Shown here: piece after piece, positions 24,986 to 37,466 of the stretch | Position numbering within the stretch: position 1 is the first letter of the stretch | How the letters are laid out: the number at the start of each line of letters is the position of its first letter | NCBI RefSeq assembly: GCF_044704955.1 | Contig: NC_091984.1 | Location: forward strand, 177,630,001-177,694,000 | Length of the DNA: 64,000 bases | Direction: 5' to 3' | Source: Pristiophorus japonicus | Lineage: Eukaryota | Made by a program: the position numbers and the translations under genes | The notes under the pieces: generated by a model | Database searches by the model: none | What the model was told of the DNA's origin: nothing | What the model saw: the letters and a program-made list of their open reading frames with translations, nothing else

Positions 24986-25624
24986 CAAAAATTGTCAAGC
25001 TGGAGCTTGACAGATCTTCTGTATCTCAGCAGCCAAGACATTTGGAATGGCAAGATTGCAGTATTTACCCATTTCTTGCCCAGCAAATGTCCTGAAAACT
25101 CTTGCTCCTGATAAAAGCAGGCACATAGCCTCCTTTTACAGGCCTGAGTTTTAAAATACACTTCAAACATAAAACAACATTTAAAAAAAAATTAATTTAA
25201 AAAACCCTGCCCACTAAGTTAAATTTATTTTAAAGCATTATGAAAAAAACTTTTAAAAAAATTGGAAAAAATATATATTTTTAATAATACATAAATAACT
25301 TTAATTTAAATTAATGTTAAATATGTAGTGTATTTTTTCTATTTTTAATTAATGTTGGGGGGGGGGGTTGGTTCGCATTCATAATAATAGGAACTCCAAC
25401 TCACGGAGTTCCCATTATTATGAATGAGAACATACTTTACCTGATTGGCTGCCCAGAGCCATGTGACTGCAGCTCCAGCCCTGCGCACATCCTGACGTGC
25501 ATGTGCTGCAACGCGCAGTCAGTGGAAGCCTCAGGACTGGGAACTCACGTGGGCACAGCAGCTTCAGGTAAATGTGCTTCTTTTTAAAGTTTTTTTACCA
25601 GATCGCCGACCAAGATTTCTGGAC

Positions 25625-26017
25625 GTTAGATTCTGAGGGGGATTAAAAGGTAGATTCTGATAGGTTGCTTCCCCTAGCTGGGGAGTCTAGAACTGGGGTG
25701 GGATGGGGGCAGGTGAAGTGGGTATAGACTCAGAATAAGGAGTTAGCCATTTAAGACTGGCATGAGGAGGAATTTCTTCACTCAGAGGGTTGTGAATCTT
25801 TGAAATTTTCTACCACAGAGGGTTATGGATGCTGAATCATTCTGTATATTCAAGGCGGAGATAGATTGATTTTTGGACTCTAGGAGAATCAAGGGATTAT
25901 GGAGACTGCGTGGTAAAGTATAGTTGAGGTCGAAGATCAGCCATGATCTTATTGAATGGTGGAGCAGATTCAAGGGGCTATATGGCCTACACTTGCTCCT
26001 AATTCTTATGTTCTTAC
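25625..26017 (+). mobile_element. CR1 3' fragment
   Basis: RRNFFTQRVVNL coding sequence, 3' UTR and ttcttatgttctta tail. Confidence 0.8.
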
Positions 26018-26419
26018 GTTGTTATATTCTTATGATCTGTCAATACTGTGGTCATGCACTGGTGTGTGCACGGGAAAGCACACACTCACGCATTCACTCC
26101 AGGTCTGTCTGTTGTTGGTTCAATGCATTTAGCAGTATTTCCCAACAGATAGGGGTGAAATTTGTTTTGGCCAAAAGTGTAAAATGGATGATAGCAAATC
26201 GGCAACCCGATTTACACTGCGCCCTGAATTTCTTCTCAATTGACTTCAAGAAGAGCAATTTCACCCCATAGTTTAACTTGATGGGGTAGATTTTCAAATT
26301 GCATCCCCAGGTAAAGCGGTGGATCAGCAGTAGGTTTTGGAGCCTCCTGATCTTCATTTCCATTGAAATCAATGGAAGAAAATCAACATTGTCTATAACT
26401 GGCAGTGATCACATCACTT

Positions 26420-26835
26420 CACACTTCACACTTCTTTAGGTTTATTTTCATGTGTCTGCCCATTTCACCAGACTGTCTATGTCCTCGAGAATTCTGTTAC
26501 TACCTTCTTCACAGTTTACTACACTTCTGAGTTTTGTTCCATCTGCAATCTTTGAAATTATGCTCTGTATATCAAAGTCCAGGCCATTTTATATCAAAAA
26601 TTGTAGTGGCCCCAATACCAACACCTGGGGGACACCCCTGTATACTTCCCTCCAGTCTGAAAAGCATCCAGTCACCATTACTCCCTGCTTTTTGTCTCTT
26701 GGCAAATTTCATATCCATGCTGCCACTGCCCCTTTAATCCCATGGGCTTCAATTTTGCAAACAAGGTACTATATCAAACGCCCTTTGAAAATCTATATAC
26801 ACATCAACCACACTAACCTCATTAAATCTTTCCAT
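26420..26835 (-). mobile_element. Old CR1-type RT fragment
   Basis: Antisense to GVPQ..LGP and SKIADGT(K) motifs. Confidence 0.65.
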
Positions 26836-27609
26836 TAATTCATCACATTTAATTCTTCCATTTCTGACATTGTTTTGCTCCGCATTGCCCAATATTTCTC
26901 ACAAGAAAAATTAGATGTTCGGCAATATTGTTTGATAACTGACACCGCACAAAAGTTTCACAAAACCAACTGTGTTCTGGGATTTATGTGACCCTCATTT
27001 GAAGAAAATCAAATTCAAATTGGTTTTAGCATGAAATATTCATGGGAATACCAATCAGTGGTGATATTAGGAGATTTGAGGTCAATGCGTAGCAATCTGA
27101 TTCTAAATAGTGCATTTCCCCGTGTCAGTTCTTCCAGCTTAGTGTCACTGACTGTCCGAATTATAGGATGCAGAGAGATCCACCTATCTAGGTGGTGGTC
27201 TATTTTGGTGTAGTGTCTATTTCGGTTAGAGTGCTTATTCCTGTGTGTTGGGTGTTGCGCTCACTCTTTCAGAAACCTCCCTCTGTAGGACATGAGCTAT
27301 CCTCATATGGGCCTTTCTGTTCTCAGTCCTCAACTGTCCTCTTCTTTCTAACCCTTCCTTCATAGAGATATTGAAACATAGGAATTACTAGGTGGAAAAA
27401 GTCCAAGATCCATCAAGTTCACCTTCTACCATCATGATAGTCGCATGATACGATGATAATGGTAATCTCCATCAATTAGCCTACAACAGACCCAGGGAAG
27501 GAAAACCATCAGTGGTAGAAAGCTTTGGGAACCATTGATCTGAAATCATCTGTTTATCCTAAGCATGCTACATTTACCATACGCCAAGTCTGAAATTACT
27601 CATATGCTG

Positions 27610-28335
27610 TCTTAAAGAAGTTGGGGAAGGACGACATTAGGTGGTGCATTTCAGAACATGCTGAAGGCATGGCCCCCAATCGGTGTGCGAGGGAGGGATG
27701 GTGCATACACAATACGCCAGAATCAAAGGAATGAAGAGGTCAGGCGGGTGAGATGGTAGCGCTGCGGCAGATTACAGAGAGGGGGAGAGGCGAAGCCATG
27801 AAGAATTTAAATGCAAGGATAAGAATTTTAAATAAAATTCATTAGGAGACTTGGAGCCAATGTACATCAGCAAGGACAGATGCAGCAGAGTATTGGGCGA
27901 GCTGAAGTTTATAGAGGGCGGAAGCGGGCTAAGAGAGCATTGGAATAGTTGAGTATGGAAGTGCCAATGGCATGCATGAGGGTTTCTGTGGCAGGTGGAT
28001 GAGGTGGGGCAGAGGTAGGCGATGTTAAGGAGATACAAGTTTACAGCATTCATATTGGAGCAGATTTGGAGCTGAAAGCTTGGCTCAATGACAAATAATT
28101 CATAGAGGCTGTGAACAGTCTGGATCTGCCTGAGACAGTGGGCAGGGGGGAGATAGATACAGTGGCAAGTATATGGAGTTTGTGATGATGGTGATGATGA
28201 CAGCTTCAATGTTTAACTGGAAGATATAACAGCTCACCAAAGACTGGATGTCAGAAAAACAGTTTGATAACATCAATGCAGTGGAGGGACTTCAGAGACA
28301 TGGTGAAGAGGTAGAGGTGGATGTTCTTAGAATAC
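27610..28335 (-). mobile_element. Degraded L2-type LINE fragment
   Basis: Patchy similarity to 12150-12760. Confidence 0.55.
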
Positions 28336-28470
28336 ATGATATAATCAAAAGTAAATTGTCACAAGGTGAATAGGATTAAAGTATTTGATAAATTTAAGGG
28401 GAAGATAGATAAACACATGGGGGAGAAAGGAATAAAAAGATATTTTGATGGGGTTAGCATAGCAAACATT

Positions 28471-29171
28471 ATGGCCTGGATTTTGCGGTCAGTACAGAAG
28501 GGCTAGCACGCGCTGCTGACCCCGAAGGAAGCTGGCCACAAAGATTTAGTGAACTCTGTGGCTCAATTTCCCCTATGACAATGTCAATTGCATTCTAGCG
28601 TCATCTATAGGGGATCTGTGGCATCCCAGAACAGTGAATTGATCAAGCAGGCTGAGCAGCCAATCAGATTGAAGCATTCTCACAGACCACAAACCAGGAA
28701 CTAAAAAAAAACAGGAACCAATTGATTATCATTCACTTTTTAATAATTTTACAGAGAGCAAAATAAAGATGGGGACATACACTGGGATTAAGGTAGAAGC
28801 TGAAATATTAAAAACAATCAATTTTTTTTTACTATTTTAAAAATCTATGGAATTATCATCAGGAAATGGAAGCAATGACACTCCAGAATTATTAACAAGT
28901 TTTTCAGAGCCTGAGTTGTTGTTCAGCAGTAATTATGACTGAGTACTCTGTTAAAAACTCAGTTACATCTCAGTCAACTTTTTCAATGGTTTCAACAATA
29001 AGAATGTTGCGCAAAAAGTTGAAGTTCATGCCAAATCAGTGATTTCTAATGATTGCACATGTGAAAACTGCAACAGTGCAGCCTATGGAGGAGCAGGGTA
29101 TCACTGACAGCAGCTTCTGGATTTCCACATTTAACTGCGCAAGTGCACACGCTAGAAGTTGCTGTCAATTT
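28471..29171. mobile_element. Non-autonomous DNA transposon split by the LTR element (resumes at 37467-37532)
   Basis: Imperfect inverted ends ggcctggattttgcggt and actgtaaaccctgggcc lie either side of the provirus. Confidence 0.5.
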
Positions 29172-29778
29172 TGTAAGAATAAAAGTGTTTATTAATGATT
29201 AAAATTGATTATGTGTATGTATAAATATTAAAAAATCTGTAGATTAACGGAAAGGCCTGTTTGTGTTGAGAAGCTCACAGATTGCCAACATGGGCTAAGT
29301 TTTGTAAGAAACAAATTGAAAGCCCCCAGAACTGCTGCGTGGGTTTTGTGTATTGGAAAGCCATTTAAACTAATCAGAGATGGCTGAGCCAGAACAGATA
29401 ACCATATGTGTGAGGAGAGCCAATAAGCTGCTGCCCTGGAACCAAAGTCTAATCGGGAGACTTTGAGGACAATGGCCTTGAAGAATATAAAAAACGCAAG
29501 CCATCTCTTCTCTCCCTGCTGGACACACGGCAAAAGGCCTCCTGTTGAAGACCAGCCAAATCAGCATGCCGTGTGTTCAAACCAGCCAGCAAAAGGGGAG
29601 TAACGTATATCACTTTTATTATAACCTCATTGTATCTCTGTTGTAACTAAGGTAGATCTATAGGATATTTGACGAATGCTGTTAAATGCATGTGTGTGTT
29701 TTTAATAAATTGTGCAATTGTTCTGAAAGAATCGTCTCACTGTCAAATGTAAGCCCAGAGAAATTCAGAAATCTTACA
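29172..29778 (+). repeat. 5' LTR (607 bp)
   Basis: tgtaag...cttaca, with TATA-like aatataaaaa near 29484 and aataaa near 29704. Direct repeat of 36842-37466. Confidence 0.95.
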
Positions 29779-29782
29779 AAAT

Positions 29783-29800
29783 TGGTGGAGAATGCGGGCA
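29783..29800 (+). promoter_or_regulatory. Primer-binding site, tRNA-Ala type
   Basis: TGGTGGAGAATGCGGGCA (18 nt) is complementary to the vertebrate tRNA-Ala 3' end TGCCCGCATTCTCCACCA. It lies 4 nt after the LTR. Confidence 0.85.
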
Positions 29801-30008
29801 ACTGGCGAGACAGCTTTTTGATGATTATTTTGAACAAGTGGAAATCTCGGGAGTTGCGATTCTAACCTGTGTTGCGATTATAATTGAAACAATTAAACGG
29901 ATCGGGAGTTGCGTCTTAGGGGAGCACTCGTCTCGATAGTTGTAACTGTTTAAGTAATGTGGGTTGGAACTGTTTAAATGGGGACCCACCAATAATTTAA
30001 GACACAGG

Positions 30009-32781
30009 ATGACGGGATCAGTCATGGACAGAAAGCCAACAATAAAAAGTAATGTTGAGCTAGTTTATCAGGAGAGGTTGTCCAAGACACAGAAGAGTTA
30101 AGGGCACAGGCACAGCACGAGGGCGGACCTGCCTCATTTGGGGAGATGTACATTAATGATTTAGACGAGGGGATTAAATGCAGTATCTCCAAATTTGCGG
30201 ATGATACTAAGTTGGGTGGCAGTGTGAGCTGCGAGGAGGATGCTATTAGGCTGCAGAGTGACTTGGATAGGTTAGGTGAGTGGGCAAATGCATGGCAGAT
30301 GAAGTATAATGTGGATAAATGTGAGGTTATCCACTTTGGTGGTAAAAACAGAGAGACAGACTATTATCTGAATGGTGACAGATTAGGAAAAGGGAAGGTG
30401 CAACGAGACCTGGGTGTCATGGTACATCAGTCATTGAAGGTTGGCATGCAGGTACAGCAGGCGGTTAAGAAAGCAAATGGCATGTTGGCCTTCATAGCGA
30501 GGGGATTTGAATACATGGGCAGGGAGGTGTTGCTACAGTTGTACAGGGCCTTGGTGAGGCCACACCTGGAGTATTGTGTACAGTTTTGGTCTCCTAACTT
30601 GAGGAAGGACATTCTTGCTATTGAGGGAGTGCAGCGAAGGTTCACCAGACTGATTCCCGGGATGGCGGGACTGACCTATCAAGAAAGATTGGATCAACTG
30701 GGCTTGTATTCACTGGAGTTCAGAAGAATGAGAGGGGACCTCATAGAAACGTTTAAAATTCTGACGGGTTTAGACAGGTTAGATGCAGAAAGAATGCTCC
30801 CAATGTTGGGGAAGTCCAGAACCAGGGGTCACAGTCTGAGGATAAGGGGTAAGCCATTTAGGACCGAGATGAGGAGAAACTTCTTCACCCAGAGAGTGGT
30901 GAACCTGTGGAATTCTCTACCACAGAAAGTAGTTGAGGCCAATTCACTAAATATATTCAAAAGGGAGTTAGATGAAGTCCTTACTACTCGGGGGATCAAG
31001 GGTTATGGCGAGAAAGCAGGAAGGGGGTACTGAAGTTTCATGTTCAGCCATGAACTCATTGAATGGCGGTGCAGGCTAGAAGGGCTGAATGGCCTGCTCC
31101 TGCACCTATTTTCTATGTTTCTATGTTTCTATGGTGAGAATTACACAGGAGAGAGTAGATAGGGGAGAGTTGAGATCAAAACGGGCAGTTTCGTGGCACT
31201 TAGCGTTTTTTATTGTGCCAGGAGAGATGAGGAATTAATGAGGCAAGACGCCAAAGTGATACAAGATTTGAAAAAATTGCAAGTAAGAGAGATTTAGTTA
31301 AAAGGAAGATTGAAGGTATAAAACAAAAGGAAGAAGGCCTCCAACTTGTGAAGCAGTTAAAAAAGAGGGAGAAATACAGCAGTTAAGACAAGAAATTGGC
31401 CACTGTAACCACAGTATTAAGCAATTAGAAAGAGGGGCCGAAGAGGCAGCTTTACGGGTCAGCAACAAAGTATTTCAAACCGCAGCCATTGTTGAAGCAA
31501 ATGAAAACAAATTAGAGTTAAAAAAATATAAATTGGAAAACTTGAGGCTCCAACAAGAGATAGAAGATGCTAGAACTGCATTAAGAGAAGTCATTAAGAA
31601 GCCACATAGGGAAGCAGAAATAACGAGGCTAAAAAGTAAGTTAGTGGAGCAGCAGGCCCTAGTATCCGCAGTAACACGGGGAGCCATAACAGAGATAGCA
31701 GAAGGGGAAAAGGGAGAAACAGATTGAGAAGAGGAAGGAAGTCAGTATAATTCCCAGGAGAGTGGTGTAGAATGAGATACCTTGGAGACACAAGAGCCAA
31801 CTGTAGCCGTAATAACCACTTCTTCATGACGTAATGCACACGGCAACATCACCAGTAACCATACCGACTCACGGCCCATATCTGGTGCTGACGCCACGCC
31901 GTGTAGCCACGAGTTGGGGCCCATTAATGATGGGGACGACCCACTGGAAGTTAATAGGAGGTGGTCAAATTTTAGGAGGGGTCACCCTGAGTTGGAAGAG
32001 AGAGACTTAACTCGAGTCCTCTTCTTGGCCTGTTCCACTTCACTAAAAGATAATCTGCCAGAAGCAGTACTCCGGGCTGCCGCAGCGGCCGATGTACTCA
32101 TGACCGAGATCCTAAACCATTTAGGGATCCGAAACTTGAACTTAGTGACTCTGCTTAATCAGACCAAGCAGCACCCAGAAGAGACCCCTGGAGCCTTCAG
32201 TAATCACGTGTACGATATCTATAAACGTATGCAGAACCAGGCACCTGCAAATGCTACAGCAAGAAAGAATCAGGAACAATTTAAATCTACGTTCCTGACC
32301 CAACTCCACCCTTTAGTTAAAACCACCCTGGGAATAGCCATGAGGCCCACCAATCAGTGGACAGATATCGAGACCAATGCTCAAATAGCCTGGGAGATGG
32401 TAAAAGACCAGTTAAAGGGGAAGTCACCACCAACTGCAAATAAACCAGTGTCAATGGTGGAGGGATCTCAAAACAACCCCTTTAAAGGGACAATGCTTTA
32501 ATTGTAAGATGGTAGCCCACCTAGCAAAAGATTGCAGCAGACCCAGACCAGCACCGAACCATGATGCAACGCATAAATATCTCCCGAGGGATGAATCCAA
32601 GCCCTGTGGGACAGATCAAAGATTGGATAAATTGATAACCCTTATACAAACCCAAATTGCCACAAATTATTTACTGGTGTACGTAATCAACAATGCACAC
32701 TCATTAGAGACCCATTCCAGGATCGACCCTATGACAGAGTTCGGCCCCCAAAGATTGGTCGGAAGTGGAGTTCCGACGTGA
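30009..32781 (+). pseudogene. gag: gag remnant: N-terminal coiled-coil region, capsid-like domain, CCHC zinc knuckle
   Basis: Coiled-coil-like ENLRLQQEIEDARTALRE..RLKSKLVEQQ; MHR-like TKQHPEETPGAF; C-F-N-C..HLAKDC at ~32495-32535. Interrupted by a CR1. Confidence 0.7.
30147..31132 (+). mobile_element. Young 5'-truncated CR1 nested in the provirus gag region
   Basis: A 295-aa open RT C-terminus nearly identical to 16066-17004; tail ttctatgtttctatgtttctat. Confidence 0.95.
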
Positions 32782-35700
32782 TGGTAGCGGGAGACCAGTA
32801 GTCCTTGTTGTCTTAAAAGGGGGCAGGCATATGCTTATCGATACTGGCTCAGCCGTTACCATCATCCACACCCCATACCCTGAATGCCATGCGGCGGTGG
32901 ACAAGGGTTATATGACTCTTAAAGGGTTTAACGGTGATACAACCACCGCGTATACAGGGAAGGCCACTGAACTTCAGTTGGGAGGCCTCACCTGTAACGT
33001 CCTAGCACCTATGCTGATGACTATCCCGGTCGGAAGGAGAATGTTAGGGACTGATGTGTTGGATCAGTATGGCGCGGTGATCGATTAGAATCAGGACTGT
33101 GTTTGGATGGGATTGGGAGATAAGGCAGGAGTGATAGAAATTTCAGATGCTCACTCGGTTTTTGCTATTAAAAAGCCATCTGAGTACGACGCTCCAGGGA
33201 GCGAAAATGAAGCTGTGGCGAAATTAATTCGGGAACACCTAGCGGTGTTTGCCACATGCAAGCCTGACTGTGGAAAAATGTCAGGCGAGGAATCTATTGA
33301 GGGACCCCTCCACTTATTCACTAAACAGTACCCCATCCCAAGGGAGAGTCACCTTTACATCCGAGATACCACAAAATCCCGAATCGAGCAGGATGTTCTT
33401 AGGACAAGCACTTTCACAACCAAGTCACCTGCATGGCCGGTTAAAAAGCCTGATAGCAGCTGGCGACAGACTATTGATTACAGAAAGTTAAATTCTGTAA
33501 CACCAGCCTGCTCACCGGTAGTAAGAGAAACTCCTACCATATTATCTCAAATTCCTGCCGGTTCCAAATACTTCTCGACCCAGAAGCCGATGGATTCTGG
33601 AGTATCCCTGTTAAAGGGGAAGACCAGTACAAATTTGCATTCGCATTTGAGGACCAGAGCTACACCTGGACATGCTTGCTTCAAAGGTTCCACAATGCCC
33701 CTGCAATTTTAAAAATACTTTTCTCGCCCTACCTGCTTGCTGCAGTATGTAGACGGCCTACTGCTGGCAACCGACAGCATGGAGGAGCATCTGTCGCTTT
33801 TGCACGAACTTTTGACATTGTTGGCTCAGGCAGGACTAAAGGTGAATCTCTGTAAGGCTCAATTAGTAAAAGAACAGGTCACCTTTCTAGGAGTGTCCAT
33901 TTCTCCAGAGGGATCATCATCCCCTGACTCTCACAAAGTGGTGATAATACAGCGACTGTCATTACCCACTTCAAAAACAACCTTACGATCATTCTTGGGT
34001 TTGGTGGGGTACCAAAGGAACTTTATCCCAAGCTTTGCAGAGTGTGCAAAGCCCCTGTATGATTCAATAAAACTGCAGGGTGATGACATACGCCCGGCAT
34101 GGACTGATGCCCACACCCAGTCTGTGGCTAAATTAAAAACTGCAGTGATACAGGCCACATGTCTGATCCCTCCTGACACCATGCAGCCCTTCCATTTGGA
34201 CTCAGGGCCACAGAGCAAAGCATCCCTGCAGTTCTGTGCCAAATGCGAGCTGATCGACGACAGCCCATTGCATACGCGTTTCAAATCCTGCAGGGGGCAG
34301 AAAAGACATATACCGCATGCGAGTGCCACCTACTGGCCGTCTTCTGTCGGTTGATCACTTTACCTTTATTACTGGGCTACAGGCAACAATCCTACACAGT
34401 GGACACACACCTCTGAAACAACTGATGAAACCTGGAGATTCGCTAGTTTCCTCGCAGCGCCTCAGCAAATGGACATTGGAATTTATGGAGACATTGATAC
34501 CATTTCCAAACCCACCACCTTGCTGCCACAATTTCTGATCTATGAGGGGGACCCGCATAAATGTCCGTTACCCTTGAGACCCATCCTGTGCAGAAAGAGC
34601 CCATACAGGATGCCCCAGAGGTCTACATCGATGGGTCCTCATATCACATTGAAGGATCCCCTCACACCGGATATGCTGTGGTATTGCCAGAAAGAACCAT
34701 CCAGCGAAGATGCAACAGACAGTTTTCACAATATGCAGAAAGACTGGGATAAAGTTCCTTTGGTACCCCACCAAACCCAAGAATGATCGTAAGGTTGTTT
34801 TTGAAGTGGGTAATGACAGTCGCTGTATTATCACCACTTTGTGAGAGTCGGGGGATGATGATCCCTCTGGAGAAATGGACACTCCTAGAAAGGTGACCTG
34901 TTCTTTTACTAATTGAGCCTTACAATATGCTGTAAAGGAAACCTTAGATAGACCCTTGAATATTTGGTCTGATAGTGCCTATGCTATAAACACCATGCTC
35001 TCCTTGCCCCATACCACAAAAATGACTATTGTACGATAGATGGCAAGGCCCTGGTCACGCCTGCTCTGGTCATACCTTAAACAGCGATCCCAGCCCTGCT
35101 TCATAGGAAAGGTAGCAGCCCATAGAAAAGGGGGTCCACATAGTGAGGGAAATTCCAGAGCAGCCAAGGATGCAGCGATTGATGGGGAGATAGAGGATAT
35201 AGTTGTTGAGCCCTGCAATGCTGTTAGCAAGGCCTCCCCAACAGATCACCTAGATTTAAAATCCCTGCAGCAGCAATACTGGTCATATGCTGTTGTAAGT
35301 GCCTGGCACGAGGAAGGCAGACCCCTTCCTCAACCAACAGCCTGGGCTCCCAATACCATACTAGCCACCACCCCTGACTCAGATGAGCAGTTGCTGATGT
35401 TCAAAAGAAAGCCAAACACTTTCCCGGTGGTGTGTTCCCCCAGAGGTGGGTCAGTAACTGCATTCCCTCCTCCACTCCCACCCCACAGCAGGGCACTATT
35501 CGGCCCTCGTAACCTTCTATAAGGTAGCATTCACAGCTTGGTGGCCTTCTATGAAGGAAACAATCGACCAATACGTGGCACAATGCCTACCGTGCCTGCA
35601 ACACAATCCTCCAGCATGCACTAACCGAGCCTTGCTTCAAAGCGTACCCCCACCTCAAGGGCCATGGACTCTCCTCCAGATCGACTTAATTGGGCCACTT

Positions 35701-36500
35701 CCATAGGCGCAAGGCTATTTTCAGCATGCCCTAGTGGTGGTGGATCAATTCACTAAATGGATCGAAGCATTCCCCTGCCGCTCCAACATCGCAATCACAG
35801 CAGCCAAAACACTACTGAATCATGTGTTTTGTAGTTGGGGAATACCAGTACAAGTGGACAGTGATCAAGGTTCACACTTTACCGGTAACATTTTTACCCA
35901 TCTGCAGGAAATGTTGGGAATAATACACAAATTACATATTGCTCACCACCCCCAGTCGTCCAGAGGGGTGGAAAGGAGGAACAGGACCCTCAAGTTAATG
36001 TTAAAAAAATTGTGCGTGGACCACCCCACTCAATGAGCTAACATGCTACCAATGTGCTTAATGGCAATGAGGTCCACATCTCTCAGAACAGGGGTCTCCC
36101 CATTTCAGGCCATGACGGGGGAGGCTCATGAGAACAACAGGCCAGCTAACACTAAAGGGATGAGTCCCCTGACAATGAGAACATGTAGTTCCAAGTGGCT
36201 GGAACAAGTGATTGATCTGATCAGTGTGATCTATCGATTTGTGGCCACCAAATTGGGGAAGTCAAAAAGACAAATTAAAAAGTACTTTGACAAGAAAGTG
36301 CGTCCTTTTGAATAAGAGGTGGGAGATTCAGTAATGATTCCAAATTATGGGAAAAAGTATGCTTTTGAGCCCAGGTGATGGGGTCCACATAAGATTATAG
36401 ACCGATTGAATCCCGCGGTTTATTTGATTGAGTTACCGGGAAGAAGGGTGTTAAGTACAAGAAGTGGTTTCACATTAATCAGTTAAAAAGCCAAAGAGTA
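32765..36500 (+). pseudogene. pol: pro-pol remnant: protease, RT, tether, RNase H, integrase
   Basis: Protease LIDTGS. RT SPAWPVKKPDSSWRQTIDYRKLN, GFWSIP and QYVDG (YVDD decayed). Tether HTPL..SSQRLSKW. RNase H VYIDGSS, SDSAYA and KVAAH. Integrase CLPC, QIDLIGP, DSDQGSHF and HPQSSRGVERRNRTLK, plus a GPY/F-like tail. Confidence 0.92.
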
Positions 36501-36828
36501 AATACTGCACTGATTTTGTTTTCCACAGACCATGTTACGTACGGATCCTCACGATTGCCAGGACGACACTGGCCAAGACTGAAGCCGAGGGAAGATGGAG
36601 AAGCGGGAGCTGCAGCATGACACATGAACATCAATCATCAATGTACTTCGAGAAGTGATGGTGCACTGAAGATACGAGAAGGGGAAGAGTCTCTGCTGGA
36701 GATGTTATCGGACTGTTATTAAATCTCCTACACCTTACGAGGTGGGGACCAAGTCAGGCCACCCACTTTTCTTCCTCTCTCTCTCAATGCTTACGATATG
36801 AGTGTGTCAATAAGGATATTTCCCCCTC

Positions 36829-36840
36829 AAGGTGGGGAGT
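36829..36840 (+). promoter_or_regulatory. Polypurine tract
   Basis: aaggtggggagt immediately before the 3' LTR. Confidence 0.7.
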
Positions 36841-36841
36841 T

Positions 36842-37466
36842 TGCAAGAATAAAAGTGTTTATTAAATGATTAAAATTGATTATGTGTATGTATAAATGTT
36901 AAAAGTTGGGATTAATGGAAAGGCCTGTTTGTGTTGAGATAAAATGGAAGCCCACAGATTGCCAGCATGGGCTAAGTTTTGTAAGAAACAAAATGAAAGC
37001 CCCCAGAGCTGCCGCATGGGTTTTGTGTATTGGAAAGCCATTTAAACTAATCAGAGATGGCTGAACCAGGACAGATAGCCACATTTGTGAGGAGAGCCAA
37101 TAAGCTGCTGCCCTGGAACCAAAGTCCAATCGGGAGACTTTGAGGACAGTGGCTTTGAGGAATATAAAAAACGCAAGCCAGGAACTTTTCTCTCTCTTCT
37201 CTCCCTACTGGACACAAGGCAAAAGATCTCTTGTTGAAGACCAACCAAATCAGCATGCTGTGTGTTCAAACCAGCCAGTAAAAGGGGCATAACGTATATT
37301 GCTTATTATAAACTCATTGTATCTCTGTTGTAACTAAGGTAGATCTATAGGATATTTGACGACTGCTGTTAAATGCATGTGTGTGTTTTTAATAAACTGT
37401 GCCAATTGCTCTGAAAGAATCATCCCACTGTCAAATGTAAGCCCAGAGAGATTCAGAAATCCTACA
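36842..37466 (+). repeat. 3' LTR (625 bp)
   Basis: tgcaag...cctaca, colinear with the 5' LTR, with many substitutions and small indels. Confidence 0.95.

Larger units (their letters stand above)
29172..37466 (+). mobile_element. Retrovirus-like LTR element (gag-PR-RT-tether-RNaseH-IN, no intact env), defective
   Basis: Paired TG..CA LTRs, PBS, PPT and ordered domain remnants. Imperfect 4-bp TSD attt/gttt. Confidence 0.93.

Noticed and set aside
27015-27200. Coding-looking minus-strand stretch; likewise 42048-42235 and 11460-11765
   Set aside because: No recognisable domain or consistent exon structure.
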